From Octopus sinensis (Eukaryota), in NCBI RefSeq assembly GCF_006345805.1, contig NW_021834197.1:1-50711 (forward strand): a DNA stretch of 50,711 bases, in the 5' to 3' direction. The position numbers were made by a program, and so were the translations under genes. How positions within the stretch are numbered: position 1 is the stretch's first letter; each line of letters starts with the position of its first letter. The notes beneath the pieces are model-generated. The model did no database searches, was not told where the DNA came from, and was given only the letters and a program-made list of their open reading frames with translations. This document shows, piece by piece, positions 33,762 through 46,389 of this stretch.

Positions 33762-35133
33762 CTTAATTCTATCGGTTTCTTTTACCAAGCCTGTAAGTTG
33801 CGGGGACGTAAACACACCAACATCGGTTTTTAGCAATGATGGTGGGGACAAACACAGACACACAAATACATAAGAATATATATGTACTAGCAGTATCGCC
33901 TGGCGTTGCTCGGGTTTGTTTCGACCCTTTAGAATTGGAAACACAGACACACAAATTCAGCTAAAATTCTTTGAAGATGGTGCTCCAGTATGGCCACAGT
34001 CTGACTGAGACAAGTAAAAGAAAAAATAGAAATATAAGAACTTATTAAACAAGGTGATTCATCCAGGGTACAAATTGTCTTTCATGGAAGTTTCTGTGGG
34101 TGCAGTCCTGGGGTCAGCTGTTTGGTTCACAAGGAGCTTGACTGACCCTTGACCTGTCTGGCTTTTAGTCCTCCATGGTGACCACAATATCCATCTCACC
34201 TGGTAAGCCAGAGGTGGGTGCAGTTTGATCGCTGACCACCCAACCATGAAATGGATGGTTCCTGGCTTAGATAGGGGTCAGTATCAGGGTTTTTCTCACC
34301 TGACCCTTATTGTGCTCGCAAGCTGGAGTCAGCACCCCCCCGAGTGGTGTGGCTTAGCAGAATGGTCATAATTGGATTGTTTTGTTGTTTTTTTTTTGAT
34401 CAAAGGTCTGCTCCAGTTGTGCTAACCATGGGCTAAACAACAGCAGCAGCGATGCTATCATTATCGCTCCTAGAATGACCCACCTCTACTGCCCACCCCC
34501 ACTTCAGCCCCATCTTCGCCACTGCCACCACCACTGTAGACACATAGGGACTTTGGAGATGAGGGAGGGGGTGTAATTTCCTCTGTACCCCCCCCCCCGT
34601 TCCATCCCACCCATCCCCCCAGACACTTTCCTTTCTATCCCTTTTTTTTTCTCTTCTGGCAATCTTAAAAAGGAGGCATGAGTCACACAGGATGACGGGG
34701 GGGGGGGGGGGGGGCTATGGACAATTTAGCTTATGGGGTGGGGGGCGATGGGGGGTGAATGAGGTTCACATGGTGGAGTGGTAATGATGGCGGCGGTGGT
34801 GGTGGTGGTGGGTGAGTGAGGTGGTCTGATGTGAGTAGATGGTGACTGGGGGGATAGGGGTAGATGAGTCCCCCCCCCTTGTTTAAAATGGCTGGGGGCG
34901 ATGAGTGACGAATAAAAAGGGGGCAAAGAAACATTTTATGCCTGTGTGTGTATGTGTACATATATATCCTTTTATTCTTATGCTTGTTTCAGTTGGCAGA
35001 CTGCGGCCATGCTGGGGCACCCCCTTGAAGAGTTTTGGTCCAACGAATTGAATCGACCCCAAGACTTTCTTTCCCTTTTTCTTTTTTACAAGTAGCACTT
35101 ATTTTATCAGTCTCTTTTGCCTGACTGCTAAGT

Positions 35134-35389
35134 TACGTAATGGCAGACGAAATACCTATTTCTTTACTACCCACAAGGGGCTAAACACAGAGGGGACAAA
35201 CAAGGACAGACAAACGGATTAAGTCGATTACATCAACCCCAGTGCGCAACTGGTACTTAATTTATCGACCCCGAAAGGATGAAAGGCAAAGTTGACCTCG
35301 GCGGAATTTGAACTCAGAACGTAGCGGCAGACGAAATACTGCTAAGCATTTTGCTCGGCATGCTAACATTTCTGCCAGCTCACCGCCTT
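35134..35389 (-). mobile_element. SINE-B with run-on start of a second body
   Basis: Has the same GAAATACC|TATTTCTTT junction as the 5858 multimer. Confidence 0.85.
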
Positions 35390-35461
35390 CCAGTCAAACC
35401 CTCTAACCCATGCCAGCATGGAAAGCAGATGTTAAATGATTTTTTTTTTTTTTTTTTTTTT

Positions 35462-35853
35462 TTTACTTGTTTCAGTCATTTGACTGCGGCCATGCTGGAG
35501 CACCGCCTTTAATCAAGCAACTCGACCCCGGGACTTATTCTTTGTAAGCCCAGTACTTATTCTATCGGTCTCTTGTGCCGAACCGCTAAGTGACGGGGAC
35601 ATAAATACACCAGCATCGGTTGTCAAGCAATGCTAGGGGGACAAACGCAAGCATATACACACACATATATATATATATATATACATATATACGACGGGCT
35701 TCTTTCAGTTTCCGTCTACCAAATCCACTCACAAGGCTTTGGTCGGCCCGAGGCTATAATAGAAGACACTTGCCCAAGGTGCCACACAGTGGGACTGAAC
35801 CCGGAACCATGTGGTTGGTAAACAAACTACTTACCACACAGCCACTCCTGCGC
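35462..35853 (-). mobile_element. SINE-A full length, about 110 bp upstream of the exon 4 acceptor
   Basis: Matches the family consensus. Confidence 0.9.
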
Positions 35854-35966
35854 CCTGATGATGATATTTTTCTTGAAGTTTGTAAATTTCTTATGATGTC
35901 AACAACAAAAAATTCTGTTCATTTTATCTTAGATTTTAATTTTCTTTTCCTTTTGTTTATTTGCAG

Positions 35967-36241
35967 ATGAGGCCAAACGAAACGGCGCCAAGATCTTAAT
36001 CCATTGTCAAGCTGGGGTATCACGGTCGGCAACGGTGACCATCGCATATTTATTGAAACACTCCACCCTCAGTATGACAGATGCTTACCGATACGTAAAG
36101 CAGAAGCGTGCCATCATTTCGCCGAATTTTAACTTCATGGGACAACTTATGGAGTTTGAACAATCCTTAAACAACGGACTCTCGCCTCGAATCCATGAGA
36201 AATCCCGAGAAGAGTTTGATGAGATTGACCGCTGGTTATAG
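35967..36241 (+). CDS. DUSP10: DUSP10 coding exon 4: active-site P-loop and C-terminus, stop TAG
   Basis: Polypyrimidine tract plus TTGCAG| at 35966. Reads (D)[31 protein letters not shown]...[27 protein letters not shown]...RWL*. Catalytic Cys315 codon at 36005-36007, 31 residues after Asp284. Spliced CDS is 538+180+186+275=1179 nt, i.e. 392 aa. Confidence 0.96.
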
Positions 36242-37516
36242 CGAAGCGTCCAGTTTTTGTAAATCCTGTGTATATCTTTTGATTGTATCTATACGCACGC
36301 GCGCGCATGTGTGTGTGTTTGAGAGAGAGAGAGAGAGAGAGCAAAGTGAAACGAGAGGAGTCGTGGCCGAAAGAGGCTTCTCGTAGCAACATGTCTTTCG
36401 GCTCAAAGCCGCGAATTGACCAAGCCAGTCAGGGAAAAATAAAAAGCTGTCTTTGATGGAGAAGTGCGTTCGATATATCTTCCAGGTTCCATCAACCGCC
36501 TGGGAGATTGTTTTGGGATTTTTCTTTTGTTTTTTTTTTGTCACATACGCATGCTGTGTGTCACACCTACTGAGTCTGTAACGTGAAGACAACGTAAAGA
36601 CATGCAAATATATGGTACACGTGTGTGCGTGTGTGTGTGTGTGTGTGTGTGAGACTTGCGAATCGGTCTAATGAAGCTAGTCTTATTAAATCTCTCTCTC
36701 TATCTCTCTGTCTTGAAACAAACGATAAATGAGTGATGGTGAAAATTCCTCAAAAATAGCCAATTCACAAATGCAATCAACTAATCAAAACACACAACTA
36801 CTACCACTGCTGTCATCACCATCAATCATTTGCCATTGTAATATAATATATATATATATATATGTATGTATATATGTATGTATATATGTATGTATGTATA
36901 TGTATGTATGTATATATATGTATGTATATATAGTATGTATGTAATGTATATATATATATGGTATATATATATATAATGTATTATATATATATGTATGTAT
37001 ATATATGTATAATATATATGTGTGTATATATATATATATATAATATATGTATATATATGTGTGTGTATGTAGTCTGAACAGTATTGATACAAATGTCACT
37101 AGTCAGAAATAATAATGATAATAATAATAATGACTACAGCAACCCTTCTGAACACACTAAAATATGCTACCAGTGATACGTTGAGGTCGATGGTATTTGT
37201 TAAAGCCCCCTTCAATCTCAAAACTGCTGGCCTTGCACCAAAATCAGAAACAATTATTATTATTATTATTGTTATTATCAGTTGACCATCACTCCTCATC
37301 TCTCCTTTTCTCAGAATGTGTGTGTGTGTGTGTGATATCTGTAATAGTAGTGTTGTTATTTGCAATAATCTTCCCTTTTTGTGTGGTGTGTGTATAATAT
37401 ATGTATGTATGTATGTGTATATATACACACATACCATCTGGAAGATGTAAGAGATGTGGGAGAGAGAGCAGGTAAAGACAGGTCTTGTAACAATGGCATT
37501 GACAGATGGTGTTGAA

Positions 37517-37557
<41 letters not shown>

Positions 37558-38765
37558 GCCAAATAACTGAAATATCATTATATATATGTAATGTGTTTTC
37601 AACTATGAACATTCCAGTATTATCAAAATGAGATTCGAGAGAGAATAAAGATAAAAATGAGAATCAAAGACATTAAAAGATACAGCCAGTATGATTATAT
37701 AAAATTGTGTATCTACCTTTATTCATCTATATGTTTATTTATATATCTGTATCTATCTGTCTAATTTGTCTGTCTGTCTGTCTGTTGGTTGTTTTGGTCT
37801 GTTTATTGAAAAATATAAGATAAAAATCTATAAAAAGAAAAAAAAACTTGAATAAGTTATACACAAATTCACACATGTTGTTGGGGAGGGTTTTTTTTGT
37901 AGGGGTTGGCGGGGATTGGCCAGAAGAAAAAATGAAATTAAAGACACTCAGAGAAAGAAAGAAAAATATTTAATTGAAATTTTAAACAAAACCCACCGAC
38001 ATTTCAGTTTGTTGTTTTCAAACAAACAATAATTTGAAAAGAAAAAAAGATGATTGAATAATGTTATTATTATCATCCTGATTATTAATAATATTATTAT
38101 TATCAATATTATTATTATTATTATAATGGATGGACAAATATTTACGGAATGATAAAGAAGAAATATGAACACAAAACAAAATGGCCACCATCATCATCAT
38201 TGCCTCACAGCTTTTCTTCAAGAAATATATTATTATATTCATTAAACTTGAAAGAAAGTTGTGTGGAATTGGGAGCTAAAAGTGAGATTCATTCTTTCTG
38301 AACAATTCTTTTGTACATTTTTAGGGGATATTTTTTTTTTTTTATTCAATTATAAATATATATTTTTTTTGTGGTTACAAAAACTTTTTACAGTTTTTTT
38401 TTTTTTTAATGATGAAAAATAAAGTGATTTTTTTCCAAGTCGTGCCTTTGTGGTACAAACAAAATGATGTTTCAAGAAAAATACAAACAGAACAAACAGT
38501 GATGATAAAAATATCTCTTTATATATATATATAAATATGTATGTGTGTTTGTATGTATGTGTTTGTTTGTGTGTATGTGTGTAATTTATATAGAATGTCT
38601 GTGCATTTATCATACATATATATACATGCATGTATGCATACATATGTATGTATGTAATATAATTTTTGGTATGAATTTGTATTTATTTTTTATTTAATGT
38701 GTGTTAGCAGAGGAGACATGTTATCCGGAAAGGAAAGAGAAGAAAAAAAACCTCTGAGGTGTGTG

Positions 38766-38798
<33 letters not shown>

Positions 38799-40374
38799 AT
38801 AACATACATATATATGACAACAAAAATTCAATCAAGAATTATATAAGAAAATCAAAGAAAATAAGTTAAAGATGTAGAATAAATGAACACCTTTTTTTTA
38901 AAAGAAAAAAATAGGTATATTAAAGAACAAAATTTTTAAATAATTATCCAAATATTTTGGTAAAAAACGCCAACAATACAAATTGGACCAGAAGCCAAAT
39001 GAATACCATTATATAATAGAATTAAAAATGAATCCCCAAAATAGCATATATATATATATATACATGCAATATATACATGCAATATATACAATATATATAT
39101 ATATATATACATGCAATATATACAATATATATTTATATATACAGATAAATATGTATATATTTTAATACATGTGTGTGTGTATGTATGTATATATATATAT
39201 ATATTTATATATTATAATACATATTTAGATAATCTCCAAAGCTTTCAACAAAATATTATGGAAAAAGTTTTCAAAATGGCTACCAAGCAGTTGTCTGCTT
39301 CTGGCATTTTTTTTTCCCTTAAGTATCTCCATCTTTTCTCTTCTCTTTCATGCTAAATTAAACTTTCTCTTAATCTCTCTCACACATATATTCATAAAAC
39401 ATATTTAAAAACCATTGAAATGATGGTGTTTCATTTTTATTTTAAAGTTTAAGTTTTTTTGGGTTTTTTTTCTCCTGATTCATCACATAAATTTTTTTCG
39501 TTTCTTTTCCGTTCCCCCCCCCCCTTCCGAATTTCATTATTTATAAAAATGTATTTATTCGTATTATTTATTTATTTTTGTATATTTCTATATATTAGAT
39601 ATTATAAATATTAAAGAATACATGAAACAAATAAACAAAAAATATATTATATATATATATTATATATATCATATGTAATTAAATTATTTATATGCGTAAT
39701 GAATTTCTGACTTTTGTTATCTTTCCTTTTACTTCGTTAAAAATATTTGATTGGTATATATCACACATAAACACTCATGTTACTCACCAAATATATATAT
39801 ATATATATAGAGGAATAAAATTAATATATAAAGAAACAAGAACGTGAAATACACAAAGGGACGACCACAGAAAACAGACGGGTCATTCGAAGCCTTTAAT
39901 CTTCAGTCAAAAACCGGATCATCATAGCAAATTTCGGCTGATTAATTCTGATATTTACTCCAACGCAGCCAGCCCCAAGGAAAAACTAAGCTGTGAGCAT
40001 TAGATTTCTTGGAAAAAGGAATGAATGTAAACGCAACAGAGACGGATATAAATACAAAAAACAAGAATGGTTAATAATAGGATGACAGCAGGTGTCTTAC
40101 GACTTTAGACAAAATGAGACAAATATAACTTATCTAGCAGGCGTGTTTGGAAAATTGCCTTTTCGGCAGAGGGGAACGATGTTGAGCGTGGAACGAAATG
40201 GCTTGTTAGGCAGCAGGTCGCAAGAGGGTAGAGAAAGAGAAAGAGAGACAGAGAGAGAAGGAATTAAAGAGGGTGGAAGACAGAGGGCGCCGAGGATTGA
40301 CCAGGTCATGTGAGAATAAGAGAGAGAGAAATAAATTCTTGCATGTTTAAATATGTGCATGCATGTATATCATT

Positions 40375-40741
40375 TATTTCTTTATTGCCCACAAGGGGCT
40401 AAACATAGAGGGGACAAACAAGGACAGACAAAGGTATTAAGTCGAATACATCGACCCCAGTGCGTAACTGGTTCTTAATTTACGACCCTGAAAGGATGAA
40501 AGGCAAAGTCGACCTCAGCGGAATTTGAACTCAGAACATAACAGGAGATGAAATACTGCTAAACATTTTGCCTAGCGTGCCAACGTTTCTGCCAGCTCGC
40601 TGCTTTGTACTTGATTTATTGACCCCGAAAGGATGAAAGGCAAAGTCAACCTCGGCAGAATTTGAACTCAGAACGCAAAGACACGAAATACCGCTAAGCA
40701 TTTCGCCCGGCGTGCTAACATTTCTGCCTGCTCGCTGCCTT
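40375..40741 (-). mobile_element. SINE-B full copy plus partial second 5' half
   Basis: Matches the family consensus. Confidence 0.85.
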
Positions 40742-40759
40742 ATATATCATGCATGTATA

Positions 40760-41090
40760 TCATTATCATCATCATCTAATGTCCATTGTCCATGCTGGCA
40801 TGGGTTGAATACTTTGACCAGAACTGGAGAGCTGCACTAGGTTCCAGTCTGATTTCGCAAGGTTTCTAGAACTGGAGGCTTTTCCTAATGCCAACCACTT
40901 TACAGTGTGCTGTGTGCTTTTACCAGCACTAGGCTCTTGTAGGCCAATCCTCTTTGCCAAGAGGAGAGGCCTTAACAATTATGCTGTGGAATACAGGTCT
41001 TCTTGAGTAGAGAAATGTGTCAAGTATTTCGGTCATTTGTCTTCCCTTCTGAAAGGCTCAGTGTCCTGAGGTCACCTTTCAATATTTCAT
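40760..41090 (-). mobile_element. 3' end of an RTE-like LINE (ORF2 C-terminus, 3'UTR, (GAT)n tail)
   Basis: Minus-strand translation DEILKGDLRTLSLSEGKTNDRNT*HISLLKKT resembles the WDEVV..DLR.LGL.E.M..DR..WR C-terminus of RTE ORF2 as I recall it. The tail ...CCATGCCAGCATGGACAATGGACATTAGATGATGATG is shared with fragments at about 7060-7110, 31910-31981, 35391-35430, 46850-47066, 50167-50203 and 50568-50684. Confidence 0.7.
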
Positions 41091-41557
41091 CCAGATTCAG
41101 CATCCTGAGGTCGTACTTCATCCATGTCCAGCATACTGACGTCCTTCAGCACTTCATCCAGGTCCAGCATCCTGAGGTCATCCAGCTCCTGCGTCCTGAA
41201 GTCATCCTTTGGTATTTTGTCCAGGTTTAGCATCTTGAGGTTGTCTCTCAGCACTTCGTCCAGGCCAGCATCCTGAAGTCATCCTTCAGTATTTTGTCCA
41301 GGTCCAGCATCCTGAGGTCACCCTTCAGTACTTCATCCAGGTCCAGCGTCCAAGGTCATCCTCCAGCACTCATCCAGATTTAGCATCCTGAGGTTGTCTT
41401 TCAGCACTTCATCCAGGCCAGCATCCTGAAGTTATCCTTCAGTATTTTGTCCAGGTCCAGCATCCTGAGGTCACCCTTCAGTACTTCATCCAGGTCCAGC
41501 GTCCAGAGGTCATCCTCCAGCACTCATCCAGATTTAGCATGCTGAGGTTGTCTTTCA
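41063..41557. repeat. 39-bp minisatellite (about 14 monomers) with a ~154-bp higher-order repeat
   Basis: Monomer TCCTGAGGTCACCCTTCAGTACTTCATCCAGGTCCAGCA. The variant marker TTTAGCAT recurs at 41226, 41379 and 41533. Confidence 0.9.
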
Positions 41558-41630
41558 ATGATTAAACACACATATACATGCATGAGTATACCTTGTCTGT
41601 GTGTGTATGTGTGGAGATATATTTATAAAT

Positions 41631-42016
41631 GTGGAAGCACTCCGTCGGTTACGACGACAAGGTTTCCGGTTGATCCGAATCAACGGAACAGCCTGCTCAT
41701 GAAATTAACGTGTAAGTGGCTGAGCACTCCACAGACACGTGTACCCTTAACGTAGTTCTCGGGGATACTCAGCATGACACAGAGAGTGACAAGGCCGGCC
41801 CCTTGAAATACAGGTACAACAGAAACAGGAAGTAAGAGTGAGAGAAAGTTGTGGCGAAAGAGTACAGCAGGGATCGCCACCATCCCCTGCCGGAGCCTTG
41901 TGGAGCTTTAGGTGTTTTTGCTCAATAAACACTCGCAACGCCTGGTCTGGGAATCGAAACCACTATCCTATGACCGCGAGTCTGCTGCCCTAACCACTGG
42001 GCCATTGCGCCTCCAC
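41631..42016 (-). mobile_element. tRNA-headed SINE family D
   Basis: Head GGCGCAATGGCCCAGTGGTTAGGG...GGTTTCGATTCC. Imperfect TSD ATATTTATA(AAT/TAC). A second copy lies at 46389-46766. Confidence 0.88.
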
Positions 42017-42084
42017 ATATTTATATACACACACACACATCATTAGACATGCATGCACAGATATATGCACATATCTTTACATAT

Positions 42085-42342
42085 ACACACAAATACAGAC
42101 TGACACAAGGTATTGTTGGAGCACTGCATCCTTCAAAACTTCCATGCTTCCTGAGATTCGCCAACACTACACTTGATTTTCTCCCCTCCATACACACACA
42201 AGCATGTATCTGACTCATAGATTGTTCGCTTTCCAGACATTTCTACATTACTGCATGTACTTTATATGCACTTTCTGACAAGTTGTGGTGCACCTGAGCA
42301 CTCTATACAATAATTTCATTATTATTATTATTATTATTATTT
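42085..42342 (+). mobile_element. Possible LINE 3' end with (ATT)n tail
   Basis: A unique segment ends ...GTGGTGCACCTGAGCACTCTATACAATAATTTC(ATT)n. There is no second copy in the window. Confidence 0.4.
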
Positions 42343-42568
42343 GGTCTAAATATGACAGTTTGTTTGAAAGGAAAAAAAAACATGATATCCTAGTCTCAAT
42401 AATAGAAGTATTTTTAAAGAACCAAGTAAACTAACTAGACTATGGCTGGGATAACACTTTACTCTAAGTATCCATCCTCAATTTCCACCATGACATCAAG
42501 ACCCCTCCAGAACCTGTTGCATGCTTTCCTCGTGTATTGGGGAAGATCTTTGAATTCCTTCTCCATCT

Positions 42569-42990
42569 TATTTCTTTACTGCCCACAAGGGGCTATGCTA
42601 TATATACACAGAGGGGACAAACAAGGACAGATAAACAGATTAAGTTGATTATATCGACCTCAGTGCATAACTGGTACTTAGTTAATTGACCCCAAAAGGA
42701 TGAAAGGCAAAGTCGACCTCGGCGGAATTTGAACTCAGAACGTAGCAGTAGACGAAATACCTATTTCTTTACTACCCACAAGGGGCTAAACACAGAGAGG
42801 ACAAACAAGGACAGATAAACGGATTAAGTCGATTATATCGACCCCAGTGCATAACTGGTACTTATTTAATTGACCCCAAAAGGATGAAAGGCAAAGTCGA
42901 CCTTGGCGGAATTGGAACTCAGAACATAGTGGATGAAACACGGCTACGCATTTTGCCCGGTGTGCTAACGTTTATGACAGCTTACTGCCT
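42569..42990 (-). mobile_element. SINE-B dimer (one head, two bodies)
   Basis: Units start at 42569 and 42762 with the same junction as the 5858 array. Confidence 0.88.
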
Positions 42991-43274
42991 TCTTCATCTT
43001 AGCCACTAACTCAGCCTTGGTTTTGCAGGAAGAGCAGTTGGTGTATTCCTCAATTGCAACCCACACATAGTAATCCATGGGGTTACAATTGAGAGAATTA
43101 GGAGGTCAGAAATTGGGAATTATGAAGTTTGCTGGCAACCACTTTTTGAACATTTCCAAAAGGTACAACAAAGAAGAAATCTCGCAGCCACACATGTGGC
43201 CTTCCAGCAGCAACCCCTACCCAGCCAGGGTCTGTCCTCAGTCTCCAGCAACCTCCCATAGCCATCTGAATTAA

Positions 43275-43719
43275 CCCTTTAGTGTTCACATTATTCTACC
43301 AAAACTAATTCTTTTTCATCCTCATTGCTTTGAATTAATCATGCATTATCTTGTAGCTTTGAGATTTTGATGAGGTAGCTGTTAATTTTTAAAACGATAT
43401 TGTAGGGTTGGTGTGAGAGACCAGATCTGGCCAGTTTGAACATAAAACAGGCAGAATACTTTTGGCCAGATCTGGCCAGTTTGAACATAAAACAGGCAGA
43501 ATACTTTTGGCCAGATATGGCCAGTTTGAACATAAAACAGGCAGAATACTTTTGGCCAGATCCGGCCAGGTTGAACATAAAACAGGCAGAATACTTTTGG
43601 CCAGATCCGGCCAGTTTGAACATAAAACAGGCAGAATACTTTTGGCCAGATTTGGCCAGTTTGATCATAAAACAGGCAGAATACTTTTGGCCGGATATGG
43701 CCGGTTTAAATGTTAAGGG
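43275..43719. mobile_element. piggyBac-like MITE (same family as 24391) containing six 45-bp tandem units
   Basis: TTAA|CCCTTTAGTGTT at 43271 and AAGGG|TTAA ending at 43723. Units start at 43421, 43466, 43511, 43556, 43601 and 43646. Confidence 0.85.
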
Positions 43720-43724
43720 TTAAG

Positions 43725-44000
43725 CCTAAGATCCTCTTCAAAGATGTCGGGCAGCATGATATCACTCCCACTTCCCTTATATAATAGCAAAAAAAATGCA
43801 TTAAAAATGGGAAAAAATGATGGTAAATTCTTTTTAAAATCGTAGACTCATCGTAGACACACGCTAATACCCAGAAGAGCTCGATATGAATCACGACTAT
43901 AAGATACTTGGTTTTGGTTAAACTGCACCGCAAAATGTGGGAGTAGTTAGGAATCTAAATCGTAGGAGACAGACACACAACTTCACTTTTATATATAAAG
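43725..44000 (+). mobile_element. Possible non-autonomous Helitron-like (Lep1/DINE-type) 3' part; similar segment at 44505-44722 and a 5'-like piece at 33886-33925
   Basis: Ends CAGACACACAACTTCACTTTTATATATAAAGAT. The 44.6-kb segment has AAATTTGAATGAAATTGGTTGTGTAG...CAGACAGACACACATTCTCAGTTTTATATA, and 33886 has ACTAGCAGTATCGCCTGGCGTTGCTCGGG. Based on remembered architecture only. Confidence 0.4.
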
Positions 44001-44346
44001 ATTAATTATAATAAAGGGTTAATTGCAATAAGTTGCTCAAAACCACATACCGAAAATATTAGAAATGGCAGCCAAATAGGTCACCATTTCTCCTACTAGT
44101 AAAAAAGTCTCCACAAACAAACAGAATTTGCAACCCGTATATGGTAAAGAGAAAGAAAATAATGAAATCCCAGCCTATTTGGATTGCATTTCTTTCGATT
44201 TACCATATATGGGTTGCAAATTCTGTTTGTTTGCGGAGACTTTTTTACTAGTAGGAGAAATGGTGACCTATTTGACTGCCATTTCTAATATTTTCGGAAT
44301 GTGGTTTTGAGTAACTTGTTGCAATTAACCCTTTATTATAATTAAT
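44001..44346. mobile_element. Foldback/palindromic element with ~158-bp arms
   Basis: Arms at about 44001-44158 and 44189-44346 are roughly 95% reverse-complementary over the outer ~147 bp. Confidence 0.9.
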
Positions 44347-44724
44347 ATAATCCTTACCAAATATGGTCTTTTCCATACCGATAAAACTACTAGGTGAAAT
44401 TTATTAATTTTATTAAATTAATTATATTTCACCCTTTTTGCATATTATATACATATATATATATATATATATATACATCCATATACATACAATAGAGAGA
44501 TGTTTTTGTTTCACTTTTAACATGTAATACTGAAATAGTGGAGAAGATATGATATTGCTGTGGGCTCGCTCTAGGCAAGAAGTTAAAGAATTTTTGCTGA
44601 TGACACTCCCCGGACCCTAAGTAAGGCATGTGTAAAATTTGAATGAAATTGGTTGTGTAGTTCTTAAGTTTTAGGGAAACACACAAACAGACAGACACAC
44701 ATTCTCAGTTTTATATATATTACT

Positions 44725-44934
44725 ATACTCTTTACTCTTTTACTTGTTTCAGTCATTTGACTGCGGCCATGCTGGAGCACCGCCTTTAGTCGAGCAAATC
44801 GACCCGGGACATATTCTTTTGTAAGCCCAGTACTTATTCTATCGGTCTCTTTTGCCGAACCGCTAAGTAACGGGGATATAAACACACCAGCATCGGTTGT
44901 CAAGCAATGCTAGAGGGACAAACACAGACACACA

Positions 44935-44984
<50 letters not shown>

Positions 44985-45148
44985 GACAGGCTTCTTTCAG
45001 TTTCTGTCTACCAAATCCACTCACAAGGTTTTGATCGGCCCAAAGCTATAGTAGAAGACACTTGCCCAAGGTGCCACGCAGTGGGACTGAACCCGGAACC
45101 ATGTGGTTGGTAAACAAGCTACTTACCACACAGCCACTCCTGCGCCTA
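44725..45148 (-). mobile_element. SINE-A full length, followed by (CATA)n (45150-45590) and an extra head (45648-45790)
   Basis: Matches the family consensus. Confidence 0.88.
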
Positions 45149-46332
45149 TATATACAGACACACAAACACATACATACATACATACATACATACATATGTA
45201 CATACATACATACATACATACATACAAACATACATACATATGTACATACATACATATGTACATACATGCATACATAAATACAAACATACATACATACATA
45301 CACACATACATACACACACACACACATACATACATACATACATACATACATACATAACACAAACATACATACAAACATACATACATACATACATACACAC
45401 ATACATACACACACACATACATACATACATACATACATACATACACACACATACATACACACACACATACATACATACATACATACATACATACACACAC
45501 ATACATACACACATACATACATACATACATACACACACATACATACACACACACATATTAACATACATACATACATACATACATACTGAAAGAATCGTGT
45601 TGAATATATATACATACGTACGTACGTACGTATGTATATATATTCAACACGATTCTTTCAGTTTTCCACCTACCAAATCTATTCACAAAGCTTTGGTCAG
45701 CCCAAGGCTATAGTAGAAGATACTTGCCCAAAGTGCCATGCAGTGGGACTGAACCCGGAACCATGTGGTTGAGAAGCAAGCTTCTTACCACATCACCACA
45801 CCTGCACCTGTATATTAATATTTATATTTCAGGGAGGAATTTCACAAAATCGGATTTGTACGTTTTTACCTATTTTCTTGAACTGTTCCAAAAATAGCTA
45901 ATAATTTTTTTCTTGATCCTATTAGCTGTTATATATTGATTAGAATGTCTTAATTAAGAAAATCGTATTTACCTGTCCTGTGTCCACTGACAGGTAAATA
46001 CACTGATTTGCATATTGTAGGTGTGTATATTTCTGTGTTTATGTATGTATGTATGTATGTATGTATGTATGCATGTATGTATGTGTGTGTATGTATATAT
46101 ATACGTAGCTGTGTATATGTATGCTTGTATGTAAATATGTATGTTGTGTATATACACAGGCACATATGTATGCATTATATATGTATGGTGTATGGGTATG
46201 TGCATGTGTATGCATGTGTGTGTGTATATATATATATATATATACACACACACATACATATATGGATATACATCCATTTCTATATAGATGTATGTAGATG
46301 TGTAAGCATGTATAGATGTATAGGTGTTTGTA

Positions 46333-46388
<56 letters not shown>

Positions 46389-46389
<1 letters not shown>

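Noticed and set aside
34050-34450. GC-balanced unique stretch that might be an exon or LINE remnant
   Set aside because: No recognisable protein motif in any frame and no second copy in the window.
39880-39945. Minus-strand CUGAAGA near GAA in a PLE-like flank
   Set aside because: There is no proper stem II or GAAA-stem III arrangement (GAAU instead of GAAA). At best it is a decayed motif.
43436-43723. ORF with a 15-aa repeat (NIKQAEYFWPDLASL)
   Set aside because: It is a stop-free 45-bp tandem inside a MITE, open in several frames.
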